DNA of 53,401 nt, counting the filler, from Sphacelaria rigidula (lineage: Eukaryota): assembly GCA_964200075.2 (NCBI GenBank). It is 4 parts of 4 records of this genome, joined end to end, with 100 filler letters (N's around TTAATTAATTAA, not from the genome) between each part and the next. Parts side by side here need not be neighbours in the genome. Positions count along the whole stretch, not along the records: positions 13,377 to 26,651 come from CAXNAA020003005.1; positions 26,752 to 40,026 come from CAXNAA020003006.1; 2 more parts are not named here. One strand, written 5' to 3'. The translations under genes and the position numbers were made by a program. The notes under the pieces are model-generated. The model was given only the letters and a program-made list of their open reading frames with translations. It was not told the DNA's origin and did not search any database. Shown here one piece after another: positions 23,350 through 36,200 of the stretch. How positions within the stretch are numbered: position 1 is the stretch's first letter; every line of letters starts with the position of its first letter.

Positions 23350-24170
23350 CATCCTCTGTCTCATAAGTTAGGACCGAGTTGGGGCACAGATCGTATCTCT
23401 CTAACGCAGGTGCTCACGATGCTATAGTTGGTATCATAAGAAATATATGTTCTACAGCGAGCTGGTGCAAAAAAACAAACAAACGATTTTTGTATCTTAT
23501 ATTATGGGTCGAAAAGCCCCCAAAAATGGCCAATTGTGGGAATTATTTTGAGATTTTTCAAGAAATGTTTCGAGAATTCTTCGAGAATAGTCCATAAAAA
23601 CAACATTTACACTCATCCACCTGCACACTAGACCATGGACTCGCCCGTGAGAACCCCTCCGCCTCGTAAACGCGGTAGAGAACTATCGGTCTACGTTATG
23701 CCATGGCGTTCGAGATCGCCGCGGGCATCCCGCCGGGCACTTCGAGGGGGTTCGCGGGCTTTTTTGGCACTCTCGCCGAAAAGTACGGCGTAGGCGGACA
23801 GTTTCCTAGACGGCTGGTAAAAGAGTGCAGAGAGTAGATAGAGGCATCTGGGGAGCTTGATCTTTCCATCACCCCAAGGAGTGGACGCCCTTCGCATCTT
23901 ACTCCGACGAAAGCCGCGGCGCTGCGGAGTGTTTTCATTGTTTTTTCGACACTTTCTTGACCCCCGGAAAAGGGGCGAAAATCGGCCATTTTTAGGCCGA
24001 CTGATTTTTTTGTGGCCCTTCGGCCACCTTGAGTGATGCGTGAACAAAAAAATAAAACTGGATTTATCTAAAAAATCGCTGAAGTTTTTAACAAAAAAAT
24101 CGAGAAATGAATCGGACACGATTAAGGGTGTCTGTGACAAAGTCGGTCCTAACTTATGAGACAGAGGAAG
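23350..24170. mobile_element. Stowaway/mariner-like MITE (821 bp) with TA TSD
   Basis: TA|CATCCTCTGTCTCATAAGTTAGGACCGA...TCGGTCCTAACTTATGAGACAGAGGAAG|TA, a 28-bp TIR with one mismatch. Confidence 0.9.
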
Positions 24171-26580
24171 TATCCTCTCAACGAGCCTTTTTGCTTTGGG
24201 CCGACTGTACCACTTTGTACATCCTGATATTCGTCGCGATCTAGTAGGAAAGATGAACACGTCGCTCGCGTTGCTCGCTCCGACTTCGCTCCTGCAACTC
24301 CAAACAGATAGCAACGATTCGAGTCAGCTGTCGTGATAACGCACCGACACGCTTGCCGTGCTCGTGGCAGCATTCGGAATATCCAATGAGTATGATCGGT
24401 GTCAAAATTTGACCGCTGTCCCTGCCGTATAGCAGCACGATGGCAACGGTCCACCCAGTGCCCCAAGAGTTGGTAGGTTGCTTCAATATGTGCGTTCACG
24501 GTTAGGACGAATCATCACGACTCAAAATCACCAAATTCACGATTTCTTTGGCCTGATTGCCTAAAGAGGACAANNNNNNNNNNAGGGATTGAGTCGTCAC
24601 GAGTCGATTCATGCTAAAACCAAGTAATTTCCAGACGAATCATTATTTGTCCGACCCTTGTGTGCGTTGGTACGTAGCATGGGAGCAAAACACAAATTGG
24701 TTGGGCTGAAACCCCGCTGTGAATTCGGTTATGCAATACCTGGCAATTCTGTCCATGTAGTAAGCGACGGTAGCCGAATGGTACTGCGGTAGTACTTTGT
24801 ACTTTTCAAAGAGAGCTGACCCCAGTCGTCGCTCATGTGTGAGGAGCTATTGGCTGTGACGATGTGGGCTATGGCAGATCGGCATGGAAACACGAAAAAT
24901 TCGTCATGCTGACCTATCCAACAGAGGTAGAAATCGGCATCCCCATGAGAAGTGGCCGAAAGACCACATCTTATGAAAATACCGATTTCCCTGACGTTGT
25001 GTTTCCTGAGTTCCTGAATTTTTACGCGACATGGCATCCTTTCTTGTCTCCATGCGACTATGTCATAGCCCATGTCTTCACAGCCCATGGCTCTTCACAT
25101 ATGATGATGGCCAGAGTGAGCTCTCTTGCATGACGTTCCTACATTCTTACTAGAGTAGCACAACATGCCCCAGGCCATGGTGTGGACCGTGCATCATGTT
25201 GCCGTTGAGGGTGAGGGTATCAATTTCATGTTGCTTGTTTCCAGATGAAAAAAATTTCCAAGTGGTGCAAGCCTACAGTTAGGGATGCTGATGGAACCCC
25301 AAACATATAGGACATAGTTTCAACAAGTGTCCCAGATCTTTTTGACGAAAAATTCAAGCTAGCCAGTGAGATGCGAAGGATCCGTCCGGTCGGTCAGAAG
25401 AGAACCGCAGAAGGCCTGCTGCAACCATGACATGCACACTGCCCTGCTGCATTGTATCGCCCGTCCTGTCTGTTCGTCATTCATTTTCACGTGAAAATTG
25501 TGTCAATGCACCACTGATGACTCACCCTGGAGAAAGCTGCATAGGTCGAGACAAAGCCGGACTAAAACCCACGTAGTACAGTAGTACAGTGCTGCATAGT
25601 ACAGTACGTGGTTGTCTTCTATCTTCCCACCGCTGCGTTCCTTCCCTTCGTCTATGAGTATCACCAAAGATCAGTTTACACCAAACCCTTCGGGCGTCAC
25701 CTCTTCGTGCAGCCAGTTTTAAAATTGAATTCTTGGATCGCCACGGTGGGTCATCTGTATCTTGCACTTTTTTTGGAGTAAATATTACGCCCAAGAAACA
25801 CAAATGATCCACCCTGAGGGAGGTTGTCGTCTGTACAGATAGACAAAGCCGAAGAACACCGCACAGCACAATACCATGCAGTGCGGTACAGCGCACCACA
25901 GACAGCGTTGTCTTCTCTGTGCACCCCACTGCATTCCTCCCCTTTGTCTACGGGTATCACCACGTATCGAGTTACTCCTGTAGAAAACGTCACCTCTTCC
26001 TCCGGCCAGCTCTCAAAGAGACTCTTGATCGCCAGGATGGGCCATATGCACCTTACATTAATTTTTCAGGACAAAATATCTGGAGAGGCTCGTCTCTTAC
26101 TCCAACCGGCTCTAACGTTGAATCCTTCGACCACCAGGATGGGTCATGTAGGTTTTGCATACATTTTCCAAGTGAAAAGTATGACGATGCAAAATATGAA
26201 ACAAAATGTGTCAGACCCGGCGGTGAGCAACGCTTGTTCGTGTATTACCGAGGTACAAACTCAAGTCACAGCGGACGGGGGCTGCATTGTAGAGATGGTA
26301 CGGCGAACACGGCGGTATCGACATATTCAACACTACAGACGAAGAGAGGTGCACAATTGAATCACCATGACCTTGGCTGTTCCAGTACACGTTATGCTTT
26401 TTACCTTGGATTCCCTGTGCGGCTGGGTACACAATCGGCGATGCTTTCCCCAACAGAACACGTGTTAGTGCACTACACATAGACATACGCACGTACCGGA
26501 ACAAATTTACTCCTACTCAGACCTTTCCTCAGAGGTTTTCCCCCCATCCCCTCTTGTCTGTGCTTATTTTTCACTCGCAT

Positions 26581-26651
26581 CGCCCCGGTGGCTCAGTTCG
26601 TAACCTCGTAACCTTCTGACGGTTGAGTTGGGGGGTTCGATTCCCGGAGCG
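26581..26651 (+). mobile_element. tRNA-like head of the same SINE, cut by the contig end
   Basis: CGCCCCGGTGGCTCAGTTCGTAACCTCGTAACCTTCTGACGGTTGAGTTGGGGGTTCGATTCCC is closely similar to the head at 14230-14300. Confidence 0.85.
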
Positions 26652-26751
26652 NNNNNNNNNNNNNNNNNNNNNNNNNNNNNNNNNNNNNNNNNNNNTTAAT
26701 TAATTAANNNNNNNNNNNNNNNNNNNNNNNNNNNNNNNNNNNNNNNNNNNN
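26652..26751. other. Artificial contig spacer
   Basis: Identical 100-bp structure. Confidence 0.97.
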
Positions 26752-27356
26752 CTGGAGAAGTCCCTCACTGATTAGCCCTCTTGTCCAGATCGTCTGGCAG
26801 AGGCTATAGGACTAGGAACCCCGTTTATCAAGAGGGTGTTGTTGACCGTTTTTGGCCCAAAAACCACAGTTTTACGGCTCTTCCGCAACGAAACGATACA
26901 TATTCAGATAAATGAATACGTATGCAATTCTCGATAATAACTATCGAGATCGTGTTTGCGTCCTATACTGCACAGACCTCAGTCAAGCATTTTCTGCGGA
27001 TGCCCTCTTTTCGTTTTTGCTCGCATAACATTTTCCATGAGCGCTCGAAAGTGCTCGCGTCGATAGTTTCGGCAAAATGAGCAGACCGTGCTTGAATCAC
27101 AATGCCCGAGTTGGTGTTGTGGGGGCGATGCGGAGTAAAGATCCCGTCGATCAGGAGGGTACTGTTGACCGTGAATGGTCCAAGTAACATAGTTTTCCGG
27201 CTTTAGCGCAGTCAACAGGTGGAATTCCAGAAAAATAATCTATTTTGAGTCTTCACTTATATGATCGGGATCGAGACGGTCCACCGAAAACACCGCAAAG
27301 CTAGAACCTGAGGTTGCACTTTCGCAGGACCCCCGAAGATCGGTCAAGCCCGTAAG

Positions 27357-28190
27357 TCTTGTCGAATTTCGTGTCGTCGATTACTTCTATATTGTCACAC
27401 AGATATTCCTTGACCACAAATCTTACTCCCCCCGCTCCCCTGCTCTTGGACTTCTGTCCCTTCCGCTTCCTCCCTATCCATGCGTACTCTTCAACTTTGC
27501 ATCCTATTTCCGCCCCCTCCTCCTCCCATGACTCTTGGATTCCTACTATATCTAGGTCGTGTTTACTCACTTGTTGCGCTATCTACTTTCTTCTGCGCCT
27601 GTTAGCGACGAACCCACCCCCGTTCCACTATCCTATTCATAACTTCCTTTCCGAATCACCATCTGCTCTCGTGTTGTCTACTATTCTCTCTCCGTCGGTT
27701 TTATTTTTACTTTCCCTCGCTTGGTTGTTTTTCCCGTTTCTGCGTTGGTCTTTGTTTATTTGCTTCGGGCCGGTGTGTGCCCTCTCCTTCCCCTCCCGGA
27801 TACTTACCTGTTCCTGCCTCTCTCCCACTCCGTTTACCCGTGGACTACGTCCTAGGCTTGCTGTGCCATTGGCTATGCATCCTTTCCAACCTATCCTTCT
27901 AACACATGACGACATCTTCCTCGTCTCTATCTTTTCCCACTCCTTGCTCGCGCTCTGGTTTAGCGTGACTCGCAAGTGTTCTCCCTCCCTTCCTACTTTT
28001 CCTCTTGCCAAACACTATAGTCCAACTCCATTGCATTTCATTTGAAACTCTGCTCTTGTCATATCGCCATGAACTCCGAATACCAGCGCTACTAGTACTT
28101 TTCCCGTTCACTCTTTACTTCTCCACCCGCCCTTCGTTGCCGTCTTTCTCTCGATGTCTTTCGAGAGAATCTCCAGCTTGTTCTTTTCTC
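27357..28190 (-). mobile_element. LINE fragment: end of ORF1 and N-terminus of the ORF2 apurinic endonuclease
   Basis: SKHDLDIVGIQESWEE...YAWIGRKR...RGAGGVRFVVKEYL carries the APE motifs D-I-V-x-x-Q-E and GGV. Confidence 0.85.
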
Positions 28191-28386
28191 TAGTATTTGA
28201 AGGGGGGGGGGAGGGAGGGGGCGTGTTCGCTCGAAGGTTGTTTGTTACGAAAGCCTGTTATATACGGCAAAAATGCAGGCGTAATAACCAAGGGGAGGAG
28301 GAGTATCTCTGGTCAGAAGATACGCGTCTGTATGCAGTGGTTTGATATATGATCCGTATTTATGAGCTAGAATCAGGCATGAACAA

Positions 28387-28389
28387 GTG

Positions 28390-28435
<46 letters not shown>
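28387..28435. repeat. (TG)n microsatellite
   Basis: Directly visible. Confidence 0.95.
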
Positions 28436-28440
<5 letters not shown>

Positions 28441-28519
28441 GTTGTGTGGGTTGCTCATGTGTATGTGCTCATGAGCGTGTGTTTGCGTCCAAATTATTTT
28501 GAATGCCTACATCTTCCGG

Positions 28520-28810
28520 CGAATGTGAGCGCCCCAACCGGGGTCTCACAGGAGGAAGGTTACCCAGGAGGTTTTCTTCCCCGCCCTTCGATTGCGATGT
28601 TTGCCTTGGTTTTTATCGCGAGAAGAGTTCGGTCGTCCCTTTCCCTCTTCGATAGCAACGTCTAGTTTTGTTCACTTGCGAAATAATCGCCTTCTACTGT
28701 CAAGCGTTGTTGTGACCAACAAAACGAACAGTTGGGGAGAACAGGTCCTGTGACTTCATCGAGGATCGAACTCATGACGTAACCGTCAGAAGGTATTGCA
28801 AGGATATCAA
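28520..28810 (-). mobile_element. Older copy of the tRNA-derived SINE
   Basis: Shares ttttatcgcgaga..gttc..gtccctttccctc and aaccgtcagaagg with the 14050-14300 copy. Confidence 0.7.
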
Positions 28811-29253
28811 CCGAAACTTTTTTTTTTTCCTTGATGGAAGTAGGAAACCCGACCCAGCACTTACCCCGCAATTGACCGCAGACGATCGCTAGCGAGTTCG
28901 TGTGCCAATTAGCCGAAGGCTCGGGTAGACCACCTCGTGGCAGTCATGTGGGGAAGGCGCCTAGAGCGGTGGCTCAAGGCAGTGTGGGGAATGCTCCCAC
29001 TAAACCCCTCTACCAACTTGGCGCAGTACACGCGCCGCCCTGCTCTGAAGAGCTTCAGCCGAAGCAATTTACAAAATGTAGCCAAGATATGTCGACACGG
29101 GATGCGGGAAAATTACGACTATGACGGCGCGGAGAAATTACTTCGATATTCTTATATAGCGTCTACAAAACTTGAGGAAAATTCAGGCAAACGCTGATAA
29201 ACAGTAGTTTGTGTAAATCACTTTTTTCCCTGTTCTGACGAGGTACGCCACAG

Positions 29254-29433
29254 GTCCTGAAAAACAGCACTCCGAACCACACTACACTCTTGACACTGGC
29301 CCGGTTCATCGGATGGACATGAGTGCTTTTGATCATGCAGTCCAGCAATGGAGGTCGACTCAAAGGATACACCCACACCCTGGGCGATACAGCGTGATTC
29401 ATATCTGGCTTTTACTATATGATGACCGAAAAG
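29254..29433 (+). pseudogene. Candidate upstream exon of the same gene, with two in-frame TGA stops
   Basis: Pyrimidine tract and ccacag| acceptor. The 180-nt length is phase-compatible with the next exon. It has a GC donor (AAG|gcacgt) and TGA at 29320 and 29395. Confidence 0.3.
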
Positions 29434-29876
29434 GCACGTCGGCACATCTTGTGACATCATGATATTGTCATATCTCCATACATAATGTAGGGGGGGTGAC
29501 AAAATTAGGGTATACCGCGTAGAATTGGGGACAAAATGGGGTGATGCACGTTTCGGTGCGGGGAGCATCGCTGCACGCCGGCTGAGCACCTCTCGCAAGG
29601 TGCCCGTGGAGCATGCCCTACCTTTTCTTTTTGACTTAGTCTGTTGTGTTCGCTTCAGGTATACTCTAAACGGCACACTGTGAATACCTACTCAACCAAT
29701 CCTGCGGCTTTCTACTGCAAAAGCATGAAATATACCGTGCCTTCATGAGTGCTTGTCATGAAAATGCGCATACAGAAAGACGAACGATATGTTTGGTCGT
29801 GTTTTGTCGCGTGCGCCTTTCACTCACGCCATTTCGACCGAACGTGTACGCGTGCTTCACCCCTTGTGCGATGCAG

Positions 29877-30018
29877 TATCCTGAAGGAATCGAGAAGAAC
29901 TTCACGATAGGAGTGTTGTACTTGGACATTTATCAACCTCGGCTTTCGCATACAATTCGCAAGGCCATAGATCCCCTGAAGCCGCTGGAGCTGCTGGGCA
30001 ACATCGGCGGGATGTGGG
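29877..30018 (+). CDS. Internal exon of a DEG/ENaC-like membrane protein (pre-TM2/TM2 region); gene probably a pseudogene
   Basis: atgcag| acceptor and |gtgcgt donor bound a 142-nt open frame: YPEGIEKNFTIGVLYLDIYQPRLSHTIRKAIDPLKPLELLGNIGGMW. Confidence 0.6.
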
Positions 30019-31879
30019 GTGCGTACCAACTGCATGCCATTTCAGTTCGGGTGTCTCTTAAATTTCTTTGGATTCGGGTGTTGTTGTGATTTATTTTTGT
30101 TGTGTTTTCAACCATCGTCTCAGGACTTCTCCCATTTGTTTCCCCGCCCTCATCAGGGCGAGTCTGCCCTCTCAGGAGATGGGGTCGTCTTTTTCTCAGG
30201 ATCTGCCTTGAACTCTATTGTCATATGGACCTCAGTGTAGAAAAGGTGGACCTTCACGCTTGTTGTTTTCCTTAGAACGGATTCTGTTTTTGATCGACGA
30301 TGTGGAATTGGGAACATGCCCCACAAACCGTTTTCCCCTCGGAATTCGTCACGCGTTCGAATTGGGGAAAAATGTTGCAACCTTGCTCGGAAATTGCCAG
30401 AACGAAAACACGTTCTAACCTCGTACGGCCGTCCAAAATATGATACTAGTAGTTCGCTGCGATATGATTTCGCTGACACCCAACCAGTTAAAATACAGTA
30501 GAGTAATACCAACTCTAGGATCAGCATCGCGTGAGAGCTAGCAGAGTTGTGAACTCCTGGATGCGGACAGTGAACAATCTCCTGGTAATTTATCACAACC
30601 TTAGTGCAGAATCAACACAAGAGTACATGGTGTTACTCAACACGAAACTTCTGACTCACTGGGAAGCTTCGTTGTTGAGGACTCGTTCACCAAAGCAGGT
30701 GGACGCTGGGTGTACAGCAGATGTTTTGGACCCTTGAAGATGTGTTCAATTAGTTTCCACCATAATTCTAGTTTCCACGTCGGCGATGAGGAACCGAGTG
30801 AGGCCAGACGGCGATGAACTCCTACCGAATCACCCTACGAAACACAACATGCTCCTGAATAAGTAATCACAAACAATCGATCGAATCACGAGGACTTCAA
30901 GCTTCAAAGCGCATGTACACCTTCATCCTTCAGCAGCTGCTATTATTGGTCGTTACTCAACCGAACATCGACAACCGCATGCCTACAAATCCACGTCATC
31001 CAACACCCGGCAGCGACCACTACTTACTTGCTTTCCAAACGAAACCAGTTTGTGCACAGCTGGTCAGATGCACGTGCGAATATGCAACCAAAATTTCCTA
31101 CTCCTATCCGCCAGTCATATCATCCCTGTATCTTGGAAAATAACAGAGCAATTTCATACTCCTTGTCTCATCACATCCCATCGCTCCATCTCTTGGTGTA
31201 TCGAAATTTGACCAAAAAACAGCCACGATACGCCGAAAGTCATTAATGTCTTCGAGTATAATAGTAGCGTTTCTAGACTACCCTCGCACCTTGAGATGAT
31301 CATGCTGGATTACGTCTGTGCCGTTTGTAGCCCTGAACGTTAATCACCTGCAGATATCGAACCGCAACCGTGTGCACCCGCAGGAGCTGGACGCTTCCCG
31401 CTGACTTAGCGCTCACAAGCACCACGAATAAACTTAGCACATTATCTCCGACGAAAGAATCGGATTGTTGCGAAATATTACTCGAAATCTCCCCGCACCC
31501 GCTCCAATGAGTTGCACCGAACAACGCTCGACAACCTAACCCAATCTGAGCACACGGCTTCCCCAACTCGTCCTGTGTGTGGTTGCGGGCAAAACAATTG
31601 GTGACGTTGCCTGTGTCTCCTGTGCGCGTCTTGTTTCGGGAGAACCACGGGTTGGTTTCCGATTAGTCACGTAATCCCAACTAGTTCTGCCCTTCAAGCG
31701 ACGTGATTCCGCATAACCTCATTCTAGGCTCGGAAAAGGGGGCGATACAGCCATCTCAGTGAGGCAATGGTTTCCGCAGGTGACGCGTAGTGCCCAGAAC
31801 ATGCGGTGACAATGTATCCTCTTTAAATATAGGGAAACGATACCAAGTGTACAAAACGTCATAGTGAATGGCAAATTGC

Positions 31880-32958
31880 AATCCCTTCCATGACAAGACG
31901 GCCTGAGGCACGCAAGCTAGTGTTGTTAAGACACTTTCTACGATCGCCCCCCCCCAAAACCAGCCCAAAAGTGTCACGAATAAAATGGCCATACAGCGCC
32001 TGATGTTTGTGTTCAGGCTGCATAAAGTGCTTCATATTGGCGACATTGGCTAGAGCGAACCCAAGTGTGGGAATTCCCAGCTGCTCGTTGTGCTCGGTTG
32101 TTCCCATTTCGATTTACGTGGAAATTTTGCCCCCCGAAAACATGCACTTATGGATGGGGGGGGGGGGGGGGGGGGGGGGGTAGAAAGGGTCTTNNNNNNN
32201 NNNTTTGTTTTTGGATTTCATGCTGCGCCCCTGAGCATGTCCGGTGGGGGGGGGGGGGGGGGGGGGGGGGGCTATCGTAGAAAGTGTCTTAAGTTTGTTA
32301 CGGCGGCACCTTCCCACCATAAGTGGTTGGCACGGACTGCAGCTGAACATGACATTTACAGGCAAAATAATTGTCTCTACGAAGTTAATCCCGGACAGAA
32401 AACGACGACGAAAAACAATCACGGTTGATGATGATGCGCGGCAAATAAGAGTAACCCTCTTTCCTCCTGGCCATGCCTGGCAAAGACGTCTCAACGTATC
32501 TACAATTTGATTGCGTAACGGGTTTGCAGGTATTTCATAACTTTTGAAACTGTTCTCATGTTGACGGGCATGTGCTACATGTAACTGTTTTAAGCTCAAC
32601 CACTTTTTTAGCATCCGAGGGCATGTGTCCAGAGCACGGGAATGACTATGCCAAAGATACAATTCGCAAAATATGAAATAAGTTCGTCTGGAGTTGAGTA
32701 GTACCGAGTCATGCCAAGGTAGAGGTTGCGCATTTTGGCCCAGATATGCTCATTGGGGGTCTCCTGAAGTTGAAAGCTACACAATAATATGGAGTCAGAA
32801 CAGTCTCGTTTTAAGAAATTTTTCGAGACATCCTTAAGCCATTGGAATGCCAACCGTGGCGTGCTCGCATTTCACAGGTCATCTTTTGGATGAGATAAAG
32901 TGCTCCTAATATTTCAAACCAGCGAACTATTTTGTGCACCCCTAACCTGGTACCACTC
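31880..32958. mobile_element. Larger member of the GAG-ended family with an internal inverted repeat
   Basis: ttaagacactttctacgat (31926-31944) pairs with atcgtagaaagtgtcttaa (32275-32293). 32838-32958 is homologous to 14890-15016 and 1-66. The left end is not defined. Confidence 0.55.
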
Positions 32959-32999
32959 TAGCGTCTGATATATCAGCATATTGTTGATTTCTCCTGTTT

Positions 33000-35900
33000 T
33001 CCCAGCTCCACGTATCGACATGTCGCGAACAGCGGCAAGGTATCTCCTCTCCCAGCCCCTCTACAACTTGCACTGTCTTCCGCATTTTTTGGTGGAACTG
33101 CTTCTGAAGTTCTTTTCCAGCATGGTGAGCAAGCAGTTAACAGTAGCAGTCGGCAAGCAAAAGGCTTGCGAGGAAGCAGACTCGAGTGTCAGATTTGGCA
33201 CGAAAAGAATGCCATGGACGTTTGTTTTCAAGATTGCAGGGCTTAGTCGGCAGAAGAGTAACCACTTCGGATATGAACGTTTATCCAAAAACAAAAGACC
33301 TGTGTAGTACAGAGGGTTCCAAGAGGAGTCTTTCGCAACAGGGGCAACCGTATATACCATGGTACAATATTGTATTTAGTCGGCGCGTGCGTGCAGTAAA
33401 TGGTGATGCTGGCACGGACTGCGGAAGGGCTACGGAAGCAGGGACAAAGCAGCGCAGGGTGTGTCACAAACATACGCTAGACCGATGTGATCGACAGGGT
33501 GCCAGGGTCATTGTGGAGGTCCATGGAAATATCGGGCCAGCGTGCTATCTGTCGCGAAGGTTTCTGAGCTTGGCACATAAGACATTGCCGGATCCACAAG
33601 TAGGTGGAGGTTTCAATGTGTCAACCCACCAGTGTGACCGTGCAAGTAGCGCAAAGATGCGCCTGATACTGAGGTGGCAATACAAATCAGTGTACTAATC
33701 CTTCATGCCCCAAGGACGCAGTAATGGTGAAACTTATATGCATGTTGACCCGTCAACGATCACCTACATTCATATGTGTCGACGCTGAATGTCAAGGGGT
33801 TGTCCTGGTCTGCGTGGTCAACACGCTGAACAAGGTACAGAATGTCGAACAGATAACTCGGTTTGTTCAGTGCGCAGCAATTTTTCTTATCGCGCGATGA
33901 ACACTCGTAGGTAATGTCTCTCGACGTCGCGGGAAGTCTTATCTCTTTGTTATTGGTCCTCGTTCATGCTCAGATAACGCTCTTTCACTCGTTCTTACCG
34001 GTGAGTAGATGGTTTAGGACGATGAAATTTGGTACCTACGTAAATGGGGCAGCAATAGGCCTACAGTGCCCTTTTTAGTAACCCTAGTCATCCCTTTTGA
34101 AGCCTGGCCATACCCGTAACGCTATTCCAAGCTTGACCTATATATAACTCTTGTACAGACCCGAGGTCTGAGGTATCGGGAAAGATACCAACCGACGTGC
34201 CTGAGAAGGAAAAGCGGGTACCGCTTTCAACCTCATCACATACACCTTGTATGTGACGCGAATGCTGGGCGCTAAATATTATGGGTATACGCTTGACAGA
34301 GAGTACGGGATAAGGGTGTGCCACTTTCTGTCTTGAGACTTCAGCTGTCTGCACTGACATTCATTGCAGTGGTGTGCATGTACGGGGGACAACGGAATGA
34401 TCAACCGCGCGAGCCACTTCCAAACGCCCCACGCATGCTGGGGTCGAACATGTCACATGTTGGCAAGAGTACTGACTGTAACATAGGATAACTACGTGGG
34501 TGACACCTGCATGAAGAATTATGCAGCTAAATTTAGTCACCACAGAGATGCTTGATACCAGAACGGTTGGGTAACCGGAGCTCTGTTTCTCTCACGCCTA
34601 ATTTTCATATAAATAGATTATTTACCGAATATTTCACTACCTCTTTATTGCAGAATTTCTTCTGGTTCTGTGGGGCGTCACGTTCATCGCGGCGAGGCAA
34701 GAGGAGCCTAGGCTGAAAGGTCGGAACTTTAAAAAGGCGGCGCAGAAGGGTGTTCGAACTGTGCAATCCGTTGCTATCCGCAGGAGGTCCAGCACCAGTA
34801 GTCGAGGACGGCCATCCGTGGATGGAGAGGAGGGTCCAGCCTGGGAAAGGGGAGCCAGGCGATCAAGACAGGTAAGCGCATGTATTTCAGCACGGTGTGT
34901 GTGGTTGTATATATTTTTGCGCGTTTTTACATTGCTGTGATTCGGCGGCGGTTGTTTGGCCGAAAAGACGCCCCCGCGCGCGATGATACGTACCATGTTA
35001 CAACATGATGTGTCTAAACGTGAGCGTGAGCTCGAGTTTGAAGCTATGTTTGGCTTAGTGCATTGTTTTGTGATGTGTCGTGCTGTCTACTGATGTATTT
35101 CGGCTGGATCACACGCCGATTGTGATGGATTGGACACGTGACGAGCGGTATTGTCATCCGGAAAACAGCTTGAACCGAAGGAGGAACAAGAGTCCACGCC
35201 GCCGCCCCCGTAAGCGGATTGTTGCAACGACGGAGGATCAGTGTGTGTGAGTCCCGCATTTTTGTACAATCTCACCCGCGCTGTACCGTATCTGACTCGA
35301 AGGGTTAGGGCGGGGTCCCACTGTAAGGTATTACAGGCTTGTGACCACTTGAGAGGCTCACAACCTGTTGGAATTTCAGTAGTGCGGTGCCGTCTTGATA
35401 GGCGCGCTTCTCTGTCTCAATGGCTGGGGCTCTTAGAGGATGCACTGTCGCGGAAGCTCAACGCGTACAGCAAAAGAGGAAAGTCTATGTTGTTCATGGG
35501 CGCTTATTGGGTCAAGACAGCAAAACAAGACAATGTCATTGTATCTTTTTGTTCAACTTCCTGCTGACAAAGTGTCTTGTCAGTCTTTATATAGGTCATA
35601 CCGCAAGTTTTTCCCGGAGGGAATTACCTGCAACATGTTAGTTTTGGCATGTGTTCTACCTTGATACGCCTAATCGTACTTTGCCTGAACTGAACATTGA
35701 ACTGGAATGATCACATCGCTCACAAGCTGTAGCGCCGTTTGCTATCATTGACTTCAAAATACCAAGTTATAAACAGTGTCGTCTGGCATTGCAATATTTT
35801 CAGACCATTCCGTGAATAGGATACGATAGCATAGCTCTATAGACACATTCTGCAAAGTAGCAAGGTATAAACTGGCCCACGATTCTACAAACATCACCAG

Positions 35901-36200
35901 GGAAACGTTCAGATTTCAAAAACAAAATACATGTATGGATGCATTCTACCATTCTGTGCCCTTCACTTTTGCTCAGTGAGTGAGCGGTCCAGTTTGCTCT
36001 CATGTCGGGTACGTCTATCATGTGGATGATGACCACCGCTGGGTCCCTGGGGGAACAGCTAAAGTGCGACAATCAACCGAGCAATTAATCATGCATGCAT
36101 ATATGCGGGTTTCAGTTCCTGTGTTTCCATGGCTGTGCAGGTAGGAGCCAACGCCTACAGATGACATAACTCGCCTGAGCACACGCCTACCCGTGACAAA
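33000..36200 (-). mobile_element. Decayed Ty3/gypsy pol; integrase clear, RT/RNase H faint
   Basis: WIRQCLMCQAQKPSRQIARWP..L..DPG at about 33500-33600 is the CxxCQ integrase zinc-finger end, followed by core remnants down to about 33100. Weak RT-like remnants lie at 35330-35640. Boundaries are approximate. Confidence 0.65.

Noticed and set aside
24600..25480. Decayed coding-like region on the minus strand
   Set aside because: No family-diagnostic motif could be recognised in any frame.
26581..26651. Functional tRNA gene
   Set aside because: The stems are irregular, and the same head is fused to a SINE body at 14050-14300.
27359..28045. 228-aa hydrophobic plus-strand ORF resembling a membrane protein
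   Set aside because: Antisense to the purine-rich LINE strand. The Phe/Leu/Ser richness is compositional.
30136..30162. Hammerhead ribozyme core (CTGATGA...GAAA on the minus strand); CTGATGA also at 21951 and 41585
   Set aside because: There is no stem II closing pair or stem I/III pairing. The motifs sit inside simple hairpins.
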